Source of the DNA: Sphingomonadales bacterium
Lineage (GTDB): Bacteria; Pseudomonadota; Alphaproteobacteria; Sphingomonadales; Sphingomonadaceae
Direction: 5' to 3'
DNA: 64,000 nucleotides
NCBI GenBank assembly: GCA_027486415.1
Contig: JAIXPC010000011.1
Span: 43,411 to 107,410 of the forward strand
Made by a program: the position numbers and the translations under genes. Position 1 is the stretch's first letter. Each line of letters starts with the position of its first letter. Positions 26,358-36,800 of the stretch are shown piece by piece. Below the pieces are notes generated by a model. That model saw only the letters and a list, made by a program, of their open reading frames with translations. It was not told the origin of the DNA and ran no database searches.

Positions 26358-27977
26358 ATGCGAGGAGGCAAGGGACAGGCGGGGAGGCCGGTTTTGGGCG
26401 TTCAGAATGAGACGGTCGACGATGTGATCGACCCGAAACGGGATCGGCTGGTGATCGTGGCGTCGAGCCTTGGCACCGTATTCGAATGGTATGATTTCTT
26501 CCTTTACGGGATCCTTGCCAGCCTGCTCGGCAAATTGTTCTTTGCCACGGGGAATCCCACCACCGAGCTGCTGTTCAGCCTGTTCGCCTTTGCCATCGGC
26601 TTCTTCTTCCGGCCGCTGGGCGCGCTCGTGTTCGGCTGGTTCGGCGACAAGGTCGGGCGCAAATATACTTTCCTGATCACCATCGCGATGATGGGCGGGG
26701 CGACGGCCTGCATCGGCCTGTTGCCCACGTTCGAACAGGCCGGCATCGCCGCGCCGATCCTGCTGCTGGTGCTGCGCACGTTGCAGGGCCTGGCGCTGGG
26801 CGGCGAATATGGCGGCGCTGCGATCTATGTTGCCGAGCACGCCCCGCCGGGCAAGCGCGGGGCCTATACCAGCTGGATTCAGGCGGCGGCGGCCGGCGGC
26901 TTCATGCTGACACTTGCCGTGGTGCTCACCACCAAGGCGTTGATTCCCGAAGCCGAATTCAACGCCTGGGGCTGGCGCGTGCCGTTCGTCGTCTCGCTGC
27001 TGCTGCTGGGCATTTCGCTGTGGGTGCGGCTGAAGCTGTCGGAAAGCCCGGTCTTCCAGAAGATGAAATCGGCCGGCACCGTGTCCAAGAACCCGTTCAA
27101 GGATGCGCTGTCGGCGCCGGGCAACAAGGGCCGGCTGCTGGTGGCGCTGGCGGTGTCGGCGGGCTTCACCGTGATCTTCTACACCAGCCAGTTCGGCACG
27201 CTCTATTTCCTGCAGAACACCGCGCGCCTGCCGGAGACGGAGGCGCTGCTCTATCTCGCCGTGGGCGTTGCCGTGTCCGCGCCGGCCTATATCTGGTTCG
27301 GCGCGCTGTCTGACCGCTTTGGCCGCAAGCAGGTGCTGTCGGCCGGCTTTGCGCTGACGTTGGTCGCCCTGTTCCCGATCTTTGATCTGATGGCCAAGGG
27401 CGCCAACCCGGCGCTTTCGGAAGCGATCAAGACCGCGCCCGTTACCGTCGAGCTGCCGGACTGCGAGTACAACATCTTCCTCAAGCAGGAGGCCGAGTGC
27501 GGCAAGGCGCTGGAATGGCTGACCAAGCGCGGCGTGTCGTACAAGAAGCAAGACGCCCCGGTGCTGGCCATGAACGTCGCCGGCGCGCGGCTGGAAGGTT
27601 TCGACAAGGACAGGTGGAACGCCGCCCTGAATGAAGCCGGCTGGCCGGAAAAGGCCGATCCCGAACGCATCGTCGCCTGGCAATTGCTGCTGGCGGTGAT
27701 GGCGATCGGGCTCTTGAGCGGCTGGACCTATGCGCCCATCGCCGCCGTGCTGGTGGAGATGTTCCCGGCGCGCGTGCGCTATACCTCCATGTCGGTGCCC
27801 TATCACATCGGCACGGGCTATTTCGGCGGCTTCCTCCCGGTCATCTCCCAGTACATCGTGGTATCGACCGGCGATGTGTTTGCCGGCCTGTGGTACACGA
27901 TTGCCGTGGTCGCCGTGGGCCTGGTGATCATGCTGCTGTTCCTGAAGGACAATCGCGACATCAACATCAACGATTGA
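26358..27977 (+). CDS. MFS transporter (metabolite:H+ symporter-like) with an approximately 90-aa soluble insertion
   Basis: Real 3' part of track ORF 25185..27977. MFS motif GWFGDKVGRK. Start uncertain: ATG 26358, or TTG 26394 which has GGGGAGG 6 nt upstream. Confidence 0.82.
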   Translation: MRGGKGQAGRPVLGVQNETVDDVIDPKRDRLVIVASSLGTVFEWYDFFLYGILASLLGKLFFATGNPTTELLFSLFAFAIGFFFRPLGALVFGWFGDKVGRKYTFLITIAMMGGATACIGLLPTFEQAGIAAPILLLVLRTLQGLALGGEYGGAAIYVAEHAPPGKRGAYTSWIQAAAAGGFMLTLAVVLTTKALIPEAEFNAWGWRVPFVVSLLLLGISLWVRLKLSESPVFQKMKSAGTVSKNPFKDALSAPGNKGRLLVALAVSAGFTVIFYTSQFGTLYFLQNTARLPETEALLYLAVGVAVSAPAYIWFGALSDRFGRKQVLSAGFALTLVALFPIFDLMAKGANPALSEAIKTAPVTVELPDCEYNIFLKQEAECGKALEWLTKRGVSYKKQDAPVLAMNVAGARLEGFDKDRWNAALNEAGWPEKADPERIVAWQLLLAVMAIGLLSGWTYAPIAAVLVEMFPARVRYTSMSVPYHIGTGYFGGFLPVISQYIVVSTGDVFAGLWYTIAVVAVGLVIMLLFLKDNRDININD

Positions 27978-27988
27978 GGCTGACACCC

Positions 27989-29179
27989 ATGGCAGGCCCG
28001 CTGGACGGCATCCGCATCATCGATCTGTCGCAGATCGTGTCTGGCCCGATGGCCTGCCAGATGCTGGCCGATCAGGGGGCCGAGGTCATCAAGGTCGAAA
28101 GCCCCGGCGGCGATCCGGTGCGGACGCTGGGGCCGCGAAAGGCCGACCTGTCGTCGATGTTCATCGCGGTCAATCGCGGCAAGCAGGGCCTGTGCCTCGA
28201 TCTGAAATCGCCCGACGGCATCGCCGTGCTGGAACGGCTGGCCAGCACGGCCGACGTGTTGGTGGAAAATTTCCGCCCCGGCGTGCTGGCGCGGCTGGGG
28301 CTGGACTGGGATCGGCTGAGGGCAATCAACCCGCGCCTCATTTATTGCAGCATCACCGGCTTTGGCCCGGATGGGCCGTATCAGAATGTCCGCGTTTATG
28401 ATCCCGTGATCCAGGCGGTATCGGGGATTGCCGCATCGCAGGTGGACAAGGAAGGCACGCCCGGCCTCGTCCGCCACCTCGTCGCCGACAAGGTGACGGC
28501 GCTGACGGCGGCGCAGGCGATCACCGCGGCGCTGCTGCGGCGCGCACTGGCCGGGGGCGATGCGCCGGGGGAGCGGATCGAGGTCGCCATGCTGGATGCC
28601 GCCGTGGCCTTCAACTGGCCGGAAGGGATGTACAATCACAGTTTCGTCGATGACGCCCCGGACGCCTGGCCCGAATATGGCGCGCAGATGCGGCTGTGGA
28701 AGGCGGCCGATGGCCAGGTGGCGATCGGTGCCTTGCAGACGGCGGAATTCATCGCGCTGACCCGCAGCCTCGGCCGCGACGATCTGGCCGACGATCCGCG
28801 CTTCCAGACGTCCGCCGGTCGCATCAAGCACCAGCGCGAATGGGCGCCGCAGGTTTCGGCCGAAATCGCCCGGCGCACGCGGGCCGAACTGATGGCCGGA
28901 TTCGTGGCCAATGGCGCGGTGGGCGGCCCGGTGGTGCAGTTGGCCGATGTGCCGGACGACGCGCAGGTGCAGCACAATCGCATCTGCATCGAGGTGGCGC
29001 ATTCCGAAACCGTGGGCCGGGTGCGGCAGGCCCGCGCCCCGGCGCGATTTGGGGCAGCACTCGATCCGCCCGGCCCGGCGCCGCATCTGGGTGAGCATGG
29101 CCGGCAAGTGCTTGCCGCCGCCGGCTATGACGATGCCGCGATTGCCGCGCTGGTGGAGCGGGGGGTGGTCAAGTTGTGA
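27989..29179 (+). CDS. CaiB/BaiF family III CoA-transferase
   Basis: Track ORF 27890..29179 trimmed to ATG 27989. MAGPLDGIRIIDLSQIVSGPMACQMLADQGAEVIKVE is the family signature. Confidence 0.88.
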   Translation: MAGPLDGIRIIDLSQIVSGPMACQMLADQGAEVIKVESPGGDPVRTLGPRKADLSSMFIAVNRGKQGLCLDLKSPDGIAVLERLASTADVLVENFRPGVLARLGLDWDRLRAINPRLIYCSITGFGPDGPYQNVRVYDPVIQAVSGIAASQVDKEGTPGLVRHLVADKVTALTAAQAITAALLRRALAGGDAPGERIEVAMLDAAVAFNWPEGMYNHSFVDDAPDAWPEYGAQMRLWKAADGQVAIGALQTAEFIALTRSLGRDDLADDPRFQTSAGRIKHQREWAPQVSAEIARRTRAELMAGFVANGAVGGPVVQLADVPDDAQVQHNRICIEVAHSETVGRVRQARAPARFGAALDPPGPAPHLGEHGRQVLAAAGYDDAAIAALVERGVVKL

Positions 29180-29208
29180 CCCGGGCGCGCTGCCAATCCC
29201 ACCCCTAG

Positions 29209-29230
29209 CCCCTCCCGCTTGCGGGAGGGG
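29209..29230. repeat. REP-like palindromic element, copy 3
   Basis: CCCCTCCCGCttGCGGGAGGGG, preceded by CCACCCCTAG and followed by AACAGG. Confidence 0.75.
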
Positions 29231-29257
29231 AACAGGAAGGCCCAGTCGCAAACGTCT

Positions 29258-29279
29258 CCCCTCCCGCAAGCGGGAGGGG
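29258..29279. repeat. REP-like palindromic element, copy 4
   Basis: CCCCTCCCGCaaGCGGGAGGGG followed by AACAGC. Confidence 0.75.
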
Positions 29280-29374
29280 AACAGCGAAGTTGTCCACCAA
29301 AACCGTTGCGTCTGCCTCTATCCCGGTCGGCACGGGTCTTGCATCATCTGCGACGAACTTGCGCTGATTCTGCC

Positions 29375-29403
29375 ATTGCGCCTGGCCGGGGCGCTACCCA
29401 TAT
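29375..29403 (+). promoter_or_regulatory. candidate sigma32-type heat-shock promoter of lon
   Basis: aTTGcg-N15-aCCCATAT resembles CTTGAA-N13-17-CCCCATNT. It lies 43 nt upstream of the lon ATG. Confidence 0.35.
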
Positions 29404-29445
29404 CGGCGGGAACAAGACGAGGCTTGCCCTCGTGACGGAGACGAG

Positions 29446-31833
29446 ATGACCAACCAGACCCTGCCCGTGTTGCCCCTGCGCGATATCGTGGTGTTCCCGC
29501 AGATGATCGTGCCGCTGTTCGTCGGGCGCGAGAAATCCGTGGCGGCGCTGGAAGCGGCGATGGCCGATGGCCGCACCGTGTTCCTGCTCAGCCAGAAGAA
29601 CCCCGGTGACGAGGATCCCGGCGCCGATGATCTGTATGATGTCGGCACGCTGGCCAACGTGCTGCAGCTGCTGAAGCTGCCCGACGGCACGGTGAAGGTG
29701 CTGGTGGAAGGCCAGAGCCGCGCCAGCCTTGTCAGCCTGGATGCCAGCGGCGGCCACCTGGTGGCCGAAGTGGCCGAGCGCCCGGACGTGACGCGCAGCG
29801 AGACGGAAGTGGCGGCGCTGCTGCGTTCGGCGCAGGCGCAGTTCGAACAGTTCGTGAAGCTGAACCGCAAGGTGGCGGCCGAAGTCGCCAGCCAGATCAG
29901 CGCGGTTGAGGAACCGGGCCGCTTTGCCGACACGGTGGCGGCGAACCTGGGCCTGAAGATTGCCGACAAGCAGGCGCTGCTGGCCGAACCGGACGTGGCG
30001 GCGCGGCTGGAGAAGATCTTTGCCTTCATGGAAGGCGAGATGGGCGTGCTGCAGGTGGAGAAGAAGATCCGCAACCGCGTGAAGCGGCAGATGGAGAAGA
30101 CCCAGCGCGAATATTATCTCAATGAGCAGATGAAGGCGATCCAGCGCGAGCTGGGCGAAGAGGACGAGAAGGACGAGGCCGCCGAGTTCGAGGAGCGCAT
30201 CGCCAAGACGAAGCTTTCGAAGGAAGCGCGCGAAAAGGCCATGGCCGAACTGAAGAAGTTCAAGGCGATGGCGCCGCAGTCGGCGGAAGCCACCGTGGTT
30301 CGCAATTATCTCGACACGCTGCTGGGCCTGCCGTGGGCGAAGAAGTCCAAGATCAAGAAGGACATCGTGTCGGCGCAGGCGGTGCTGGATGCCGATCATT
30401 ATGGCCTGGAAAAGGTGAAGGACCGGATCATCGAGTATCTGGCCGTGCAGGCGCGCACCAACAAGCTGAAGGGGCCGATCCTGTGCCTCGTCGGGCCGCC
30501 CGGCGTCGGTAAGACCTCGCTGGGCCGCAGCATCGCCAAGGCGACGGGGCGCGAGTTCATCCGCCACAGCCTGGGCGGCGTGCGCGACGAGGCCGAGATC
30601 CGTGGCCACCGCCGCACCTATATCGGATCGATGCCCGGCAAGGTGATCCAGAACCTGAAGAAGGCCGGCACGTCGAACCCGCTTTTCCTGCTGGATGAGA
30701 TCGACAAGCTGGGCCAGGATTTCCGCGGTGACCCGGCCTCGGCCCTGCTGGAGGTGCTGGATCCCGAACAGAACAAGGCCTTCAACGACCATTATCTGGA
30801 GGTCGATTACGACCTGTCGGACGTGATGTTCGTGACGACGGCCAACAGCTACAACATGCCCCAGCCGCTGCTGGACCGCATGGAGATCATCAGCCTTTCG
30901 GGTTACACCGAGGATGAGAAGGTGGAGATCGCCAGGCGCCACCTGATCGAGAAGCAGTATGACGCGCACGGCCTGAAGAAGGACGAGTTCGCGGTGACCG
31001 ACGAGGCCATTCGCGACCTGATCCGTTATTACACCCGCGAGGCCGGGGTGCGGAAACTGGAGCGCGAGATCGCCAAGCTGGCCCGGAAGGCGCTGCGCCG
31101 CATCCTTGAGGGCAAGGACAAGAGCGTGACGGTGACGCCCGACAACCTGGCGGACTTCGCCGGGGTGCGGAAGTTCCGTTATGGCCTCGCTGACAGCGAG
31201 GATCAGATCGGTGCCGTCACCGGCCTCGCCTGGACCGAGGTGGGCGGCGACCTCTTGACCATCGAGGCGGTGACCAGCCCCGGCAAGGGCAATATCAAGA
31301 CCACCGGCAAGCTGGGCAGCGTGATGACCGAATCGATTTCGGCAGCGCTGAGCTTCGTTCGGGCGCGGGCGGTGCATTACGGCATCAAGCCGAGCCTGTT
31401 CGAGAAGAAGGACATCCACGTGCACGTGCCGGAAGGCGCGACGCCCAAGGATGGCCCGTCGGCCGGTATCGCCATGGTGACGGCGATCATTTCGACCCTG
31501 ACCGGTGTGGCCGTGAAGCGCGATGTGGCGATGACCGGCGAAGTGACGCTGCGCGGCCGCGTGCTGCCGATCGGCGGCCTGAAGGAAAAGCTGTTGGCGG
31601 CGCTGCGCGGCGGCATCACCACCGTGCTGATCCCGGCCGAGAACGAGAAGGACCTGGCCGAGATCCCCGACAATGTGAAGCAGGGGCTGAAGATCGTGCC
31701 CGTGTCCCATGTTGACGAGGTGCTGGCGCTGGCGCTGATCCAGCCGCTGGAACCCATCGAATGGACCGAAGCCGACGAGAAGGCGGTGAGCCCGCCGGCT
31801 GCTGTCGCTGCCGAACCGGCGGTGCGGCACTAA
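29446..31833 (+). CDS. lon: ATP-dependent Lon protease
   Basis: 795 aa. [14 protein letters not shown]-domain, Walker [10 protein letters not shown], catalytic Ser context [11 protein letters not shown]. Confidence 0.95.
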   Translation: MTNQTLPVLPLRDIVVFPQMIVPLFVGREKSVAALEAAMADGRTVFLLSQKNPGDEDPGADDLYDVGTLANVLQLLKLPDGTVKVLVEGQSRASLVSLDASGGHLVAEVAERPDVTRSETEVAALLRSAQAQFEQFVKLNRKVAAEVASQISAVEEPGRFADTVAANLGLKIADKQALLAEPDVAARLEKIFAFMEGEMGVLQVEKKIRNRVKRQMEKTQREYYLNEQMKAIQRELGEEDEKDEAAEFEERIAKTKLSKEAREKAMAELKKFKAMAPQSAEATVVRNYLDTLLGLPWAKKSKIKKDIVSAQAVLDADHYGLEKVKDRIIEYLAVQARTNKLKGPILCLVGPPGVGKTSLGRSIAKATGREFIRHSLGGVRDEAEIRGHRRTYIGSMPGKVIQNLKKAGTSNPLFLLDEIDKLGQDFRGDPASALLEVLDPEQNKAFNDHYLEVDYDLSDVMFVTTANSYNMPQPLLDRMEIISLSGYTEDEKVEIARRHLIEKQYDAHGLKKDEFAVTDEAIRDLIRYYTREAGVRKLEREIAKLARKALRRILEGKDKSVTVTPDNLADFAGVRKFRYGLADSEDQIGAVTGLAWTEVGGDLLTIEAVTSPGKGNIKTTGKLGSVMTESISAALSFVRARAVHYGIKPSLFEKKDIHVHVPEGATPKDGPSAGIAMVTAIISTLTGVAVKRDVAMTGEVTLRGRVLPIGGLKEKLLAALRGGITTVLIPAENEKDLAEIPDNVKQGLKIVPVSHVDEVLALALIQPLEPIEWTEADEKAVSPPAAVAAEPAVRH

Positions 31834-31905
31834 AATTGTGGAATGGCGTGTGGGCGGGGCTTTACAGCGCCGCCCATCTCGCCTAATTCCGCGCCTCCCA
31901 AGAGT

Positions 31906-31980
31906 GGGCGCGTAGCTCAGCGGTAGAGCACTGCTTTCACACGGCAGGGGTCACAGGTTCAATCCCTGTCGCGCCCACCA
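31906..31980 (+). tRNA. tRNA-Val (anticodon CAC)
   Basis: 75 nt cloverleaf. Acceptor GGGCGCG/CGCGCCC, D-arm GCTCAGCGGTAGAGC, anticodon stem-loop CTGCT-TTCACAC-GGCAG, T-arm GGTTCAATCC, encoded CCA. Confidence 0.93.
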
Positions 31981-31991
31981 CTCTTTTCCCA

Positions 31992-32597
31992 TCAATCGCG
32001 AAACAGGCTCCATGCCGCCGCCGTGCGTTGCGCGACGGTGATGAGGCAGAGCGCGGCAAAGCCATAGGCGAGTGCTGTGAAATGCTGCGGCCACAGGCAG
32101 ATGGCGATGAAGACCGCGATCGTCTCTGTGCCTTCGGCGAGGCCGGTGTTGTAGAAGAAGCTCTTCTTGCCGTGGGCGGTGGTTTCCAGCCCGCGCTTGG
32201 CGGCGAGCGTGGCGAAGGCCAGGAAGCTGATGCCGGTGAGCCCGAAGCAGAACAGCAGCGCCAGCGCCGGTTTCAGATGGGCGGGATCGGCGAGGCCAAA
32301 GCCCAGGGGCACGGCGAGATAGAAGAGAAAATCGCCGACGATATCGAGATAGCCGCCAAAATCGCTCAGCCTCGTGGCGCGGGCGACGGCGCCATCGAGG
32401 CCGTCGAGCAGCCGGTTGGCGATGGTCAGCGCGAGGCCCCAGCCGTAATGGCCCTGCGCCAGCACGACGCCGGCAGCGATGGCGAGCGCGATGCCGCTGA
32501 GGGTGACGATGTTCGCCGTGACGCCCACTCGCGCCAATGCCCGGCCCACCGCGTTCAGCGGCGGATCGATCAGCGGGCGGAGGCGGGCGTCAAGCAA
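31992..32597 (-). CDS. CDP-alcohol phosphatidyltransferase family protein (small, 201 aa)
   Basis: Motif DGLDGAVARATRLSDFGGYLDIVGD (DGxxAR-x7-G-x3-D-x3-D). About 5 TM. TTG start overlapping the NupC stop by 8 nt. Confidence 0.75.
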   Translation of the reverse strand: MLDARLRPLIDPPLNAVGRALARVGVTANIVTLSGIALAIAAGVVLAQGHYGWGLALTIANRLLDGLDGAVARATRLSDFGGYLDIVGDFLFYLAVPLGFGLADPAHLKPALALLFCFGLTGISFLAFATLAAKRGLETTAHGKKSFFYNTGLAEGTETIAVFIAICLWPQHFTALAYGFAALCLITVAQRTAAAWSLFRD

Positions 32598-33843
32598 GGG
32601 GGGTCACCAGGCCGATCATCGCGCCGGTCATCAGCGTGGCGAGATTGCCGGCGATCCAGCTTTTGACGCCCAGCCCGGCGGCTTCGGCGCGGCGTTCGGG
32701 GCAGAGGCTGGCGATGGTGGAAACAAGAAGGCCGATGGAGGCGAGGTTGGCAAAGCCGGCAAGGGCGTAGCTGGTAATGAGCAGGCTGCGGGGGGCCAGC
32801 GTGCCGGCGGGCAGCGCCGCCAGATCGAGATAGGCGACATATTCGTTGAGGATGGCCTTGGTGCCCATCAGCGCGCCGGCAGCCGGTGCCTCGCTCCACG
32901 GCACGCCGATCGCCCACAGCAAGGGCGCGAACAGCCAGCCGAACAGTCGCTTGAGGGTGAGCGCGGTGCCATCGACGGCCGGGGCAAGGGCGAGCAACTG
33001 ATCGACCAGGTTCACCAGCGCGAAGATGGTGATGATGATGCCGATCACCGCCAGCATCAGCTGTACGCCCTCCATCGCGCCGCGCACCACCGCGTCCATC
33101 GCGCCGTCATAGGCCAGATCGGGTTCGGCGGGTTCGTTGGCCTGTGGGTCGCCGGGCACCATCAGGCGGGCGACCAGCAGCGCGGCGGGCAGGGAGATCA
33201 GCGAGGCGACGATCAGGTGGGCGGCGGCGTTGGGGATGACCTTGCCGAGCGTGACGGCATAGAGCACGAGCACCGCGCCCGAGATCGTCGCCATGATCAT
33301 CACCATGATGGCGAACAGGTCAGACCGGCTCATGCGGCCGAACCAGGCGCGCAGCACCAGCGGGCTTTCGACGACGCCGAGGAACAGGGTCGCGCCGCCG
33401 CCCAGCCCGACGACGCCGGACACGCCCAGCGTGCGCCGCAAGGCCCACGACAGACCGCGCACCAGCGCCTTGAGGATGCCCCAGTGCCACAGCAGTGCCG
33501 ACAGCGCCGAGAACACGATGATCAGCGGCAAGATCTGGAAGGCGATGACCAGCGGCGGCTGCGCGCCCGGTGCCAGCACGAACGGCAAAGGCGCACCGCC
33601 CAGATAGCCGAACATGTAGGACGATCCCGCCAACGTCGCCTTTTCGATGGCGGCAACGCCCTTGTTGGCCAGGCCGACAGCGGCCCAGATCGGCGGCACG
33701 CGCACGACGATGATGGCGATGGCCAGTTGCAGCGCCAGCGCGCCGGCGATCCAGCGCCACGGCGGCGGCGCGCGCCGTTCCGCCAGCGCCCATGCCAGCG
33801 CCAGCACGACGGCCAGCCCGATCAGGCCCTGGAACTGCGCCAT
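32590..33843 (-). CDS. NupC/NupG-type concentrative nucleoside transporter family protein
   Basis: Track ORF 32590..34062 trimmed to ATG 33843 (MAQFQGLIGLAVVLALAW...). CNT-like topology and length (417 aa). The ATG shares its A with the TGA of the upstream receptor gene. Confidence 0.8.
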   Translation of the reverse strand: MAQFQGLIGLAVVLALAWALAERRAPPPWRWIAGALALQLAIAIIVVRVPPIWAAVGLANKGVAAIEKATLAGSSYMFGYLGGAPLPFVLAPGAQPPLVIAFQILPLIIVFSALSALLWHWGILKALVRGLSWALRRTLGVSGVVGLGGGATLFLGVVESPLVLRAWFGRMSRSDLFAIMVMIMATISGAVLVLYAVTLGKVIPNAAAHLIVASLISLPAALLVARLMVPGDPQANEPAEPDLAYDGAMDAVVRGAMEGVQLMLAVIGIIITIFALVNLVDQLLALAPAVDGTALTLKRLFGWLFAPLLWAIGVPWSEAPAAGALMGTKAILNEYVAYLDLAALPAGTLAPRSLLITSYALAGFANLASIGLLVSTIASLCPERRAEAAGLGVKSWIAGNLATLMTGAMIGLVTPLA

Positions 33844-36800
33844 CAGAATGTCACCGCGGCGCCGAACTGGAACTGGCGCGGCGGGCCGGCATTGCGCTGC
33901 ACGAACGGCGCGCCGCCACCGAACTGCACCTGGTTGGACGTGGTGGCGGCGTTGGCAAAGCCGGAGCGGTTGTTGGTGTTGAACAGGTTGAACACGTCGG
34001 CCGACAGCTCGACGCGCTGCCATAGCAGGTAGCGCACACCAATATCGACGGTTGCCGACCATGGCAGCCGCGCCGAATTGCGCGCCGCGCCGGGGTAACG
34101 ATCACTGTTGCCGACATAATTCTCGCCGAATGAGGCGCCGTCGCCGTTCAAATCCTGCGTGCCAAAGATCCGCGCATCCGGCACCAGGTTCACCGGCTGG
34201 CCCGACTGGAACAGGCCGGCCACCGTCAGGGTGAGGCCATCGACCGGATAGACATAGGTCACCGCCGAGATGACGTGCCGGCGATCATTGGCCGACGGGC
34301 CATATTCGGTGCTGAAATCATTGGCGTTGGCGGCGCGGAAATTGATGTCGTCGGTGTCGTTTTTCAGGCGCGACAGCGTGTAGCCGAGGCGGAAGGCGTA
34401 ATCATCGTCGCCGCGCTCTTTCACGGTCTGGAGGATGAGGGCCATATATTCCGAGCGGCCCGCCGTCTCGGTGACGGTGATCTGCCGCGCGCCGCCGGGC
34501 ACCAGCGCGACCGGGCGGTTGGCATCGGCGGCGGCGACGCTGCGGACAAGGCCGAGGCTTTGCGCCAGCGCAGCGCGGGCGGCATTGTCGGGCGCGGCCT
34601 GCAGCAGGGCGATATTGGCCGGAGTGAGCGCGGCCGCATTGGGCGTGAACGCCGCCGGCGCGTTGAGATCGCGCAGGCGGGCGAGGTTGCGGGTGCGGCT
34701 GTAGATGGCGTCGACCGACAGGCTGAGCGTCTGGGTCGCCTGATATTGATAGCCGGTGCTGAGTTGCAGGCTCTGCGGGCTGCGATAGCCGGTCGGCGAC
34801 AGGATGCGCGCTTCGCCCAGCGTCTGGTTTGCCCGAAGCGCCTGCACCTGCGCCGGGGTCGGGCAGGTGGCGACGCTGGTGCAGGCCGGCGAGACGGTGA
34901 GATTGCCATCAAAGGTGAGGCTGGCCGGATCGACGCCCGCGGGGATGATCCCGCGCGCCTGCAACTGCCGCAGCTGGCCGAGCAGGCCTGCCGACGTGGT
35001 GTTGCGCTGGAGCGCGTCGGAGATGACGGCGTAGGAGAGCTTGCCGGTGAACAGGCCGGCACCGAAGCGCACCACCGAACGCGCATCGGGCCGCCAGTTC
35101 AGCGCCAGGCGCGGCGCGACATTGTTGGTGTCGCCCCCACCTCTACCAGCTCCGGCGCCCTTGGCGGTGAGGCTGTCATAATCCCAGCGCAGGCCCAGCG
35201 TGGCGGTGAGGCGCGGGGTCACCTGCCATTCGTCCTCCACATAGGCCGCCAGCAATGTCTGATCCGTGCCGAAGCTTTGCGGACGCAGTTCAACGGCATA
35301 GTTGGCGACGACCGGATTGAGCGCCAGCACATCGCCGGCGGTGAGCGCCAGCCCCTTGCCGCGCAGCGCGGCCCGTTGTGCGCCCGTCAGATCGACAAGG
35401 AAATTGCCATCAGGATTGCCACCGCCGAACAGGCTGAAGCGCGACGTGATCACGTCCACCCCCAGCCGCAGCCGGTGATCGCCCAGCCGGCGGCCGAGGC
35501 GGTGGGTGGTCTGCCAGGTCGTCTCGCGACTGTCGAAGACATAGCCGGGGTTGCCGACGATGCCCGCCGTCAGCCCGGAGGGATCGCGGATCACCACCTG
35601 CGGGCCGGGCGCGGCATTGGCGTAATTCCAGCGGAACGCGCTGTATTGCACGGCGCCGTCATAGCTCCAGTCATCGCCGGCTTGAGACACGCTGGCGGCG
35701 ATCAGCGTGGAATTGCGCTGCTGGGCAGAGCCGGCGGACGGCAAGGTGGCATTGCCGCCGCCCAGCCCGCCGCCGGGGCGATCGATGCTCACCCGGCCGA
35801 TATTGCCGCGCAGGGTGAGCGTCCAGTCGTCGGTCAGCCGGTGATCGAGGCGCAGCGAGCCGAGGTGGAAGCGGTTGTTGCCGGTGACGGTGTCGGTGAT
35901 GCCGAGCAGGGGCGCATCGACAATCTGTTCGTTGCGGTCGGCGGTGAATTCATAATTGATGGCAAAGAAGGTCTTGTCCTTCACCAAGGGGCCGCTCAGG
36001 GCAAAGCCGGTCTGATACCGCTCGAAACTCTCGCCCACCGGATTGCCGCTGAGGTCGCGGCGCGGATAGGGCGAGCGCGCGTCCAGCGGCCGGCCGGGGC
36101 GGACGAGGGCATAGGCCTCGCCGTGGAGATCATTGCCGCCCGATGGCGTGGTATAATTGACGATGCCATTGGCGGTGCGGCCATAGGCGACGGAGTAGCT
36201 GTTGGCGAGCACGGTGACGGTGCGGGTGAAGCCCAGCGGCACCGGGAACTTGATGCCGCCGAGGAAATTCTCGTTATTGTCGAGACCGTCGATCAAGTAG
36301 TTGGAATCAAGGCCGTTGCTGCCGTTGATCGAGATTGACGGCGCTTCCGGGAAGAAGCCGGTGGAGGCCACAACGTTGGGCAGGCGGATCAGCGCGCCGA
36401 GCACATCGCGGCCTTCGATCGGCAGCGCCACCAGCTGATCACGGCCCAGCGAGGCGGAGACTTCGGCGTTGACCGTGTTGAGGCCGGTGACGCTGCGGGT
36501 GGCCGATACGGTGATCGTCTGCCCAACGGGCGCGAGGCGCAGCGTGATGCTGCTGGCGAAATTGGCGCGCAGATCGACCGACTGCGCGTCCGCCGCATCA
36601 TGGCTGGCGCTGGCAGCGGCGGACACCCGCACGCTGCCGGTGGTCAACCCGTCGATACGCACCTGGCCCGCGGCATCGCTGGTGGCGGTGCGGGCAAGGC
36701 CGGTGGCCGGGTTGGCGATGGTGACGGCGATGCCCGGCAGTGGTGCGCCGCTGGCGGCATCGACGACGATCACCTGGATACCGGCCTGCTGTGCGGCGGC

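Noticed and set aside
24705-27986. 1093-aa minus ORF and the overlapping 930-aa plus ORF (25185..27977)
   Set aside because: Each is a chimera of a real gene and an antisense shadow. Only 24705..26288 (minus, flavoenzyme) and about 26358..27977 (plus, MFS) have credible protein sequence.
29344-31830. 828-aa minus-strand ORF
   Set aside because: Antisense to lon, which is unambiguous.
31834-31905. Absence of hupB between lon and tRNA-Val, and a weak hairpin at about 31850..31876
   Set aside because: The gene-order expectation comes from memory of other alphaproteobacteria and is not a rule. The hairpin has a 6-bp stem with a 12-nt loop and no U-tract.
34275-36338. 687-aa plus ORF. Similar long shadows are at 21437..23299, 13168..14964, 32479..34032, 37840..39195, 42550..44070, 48267..49670, 50437..51993, 52048..53544, 54059..55672 and 58638..59870.
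   Set aside because: All lie antisense to well-supported genes and translate to repetitive R/G/A/D/H-rich sequence. This is the expected stop-codon paucity of high-GC DNA.
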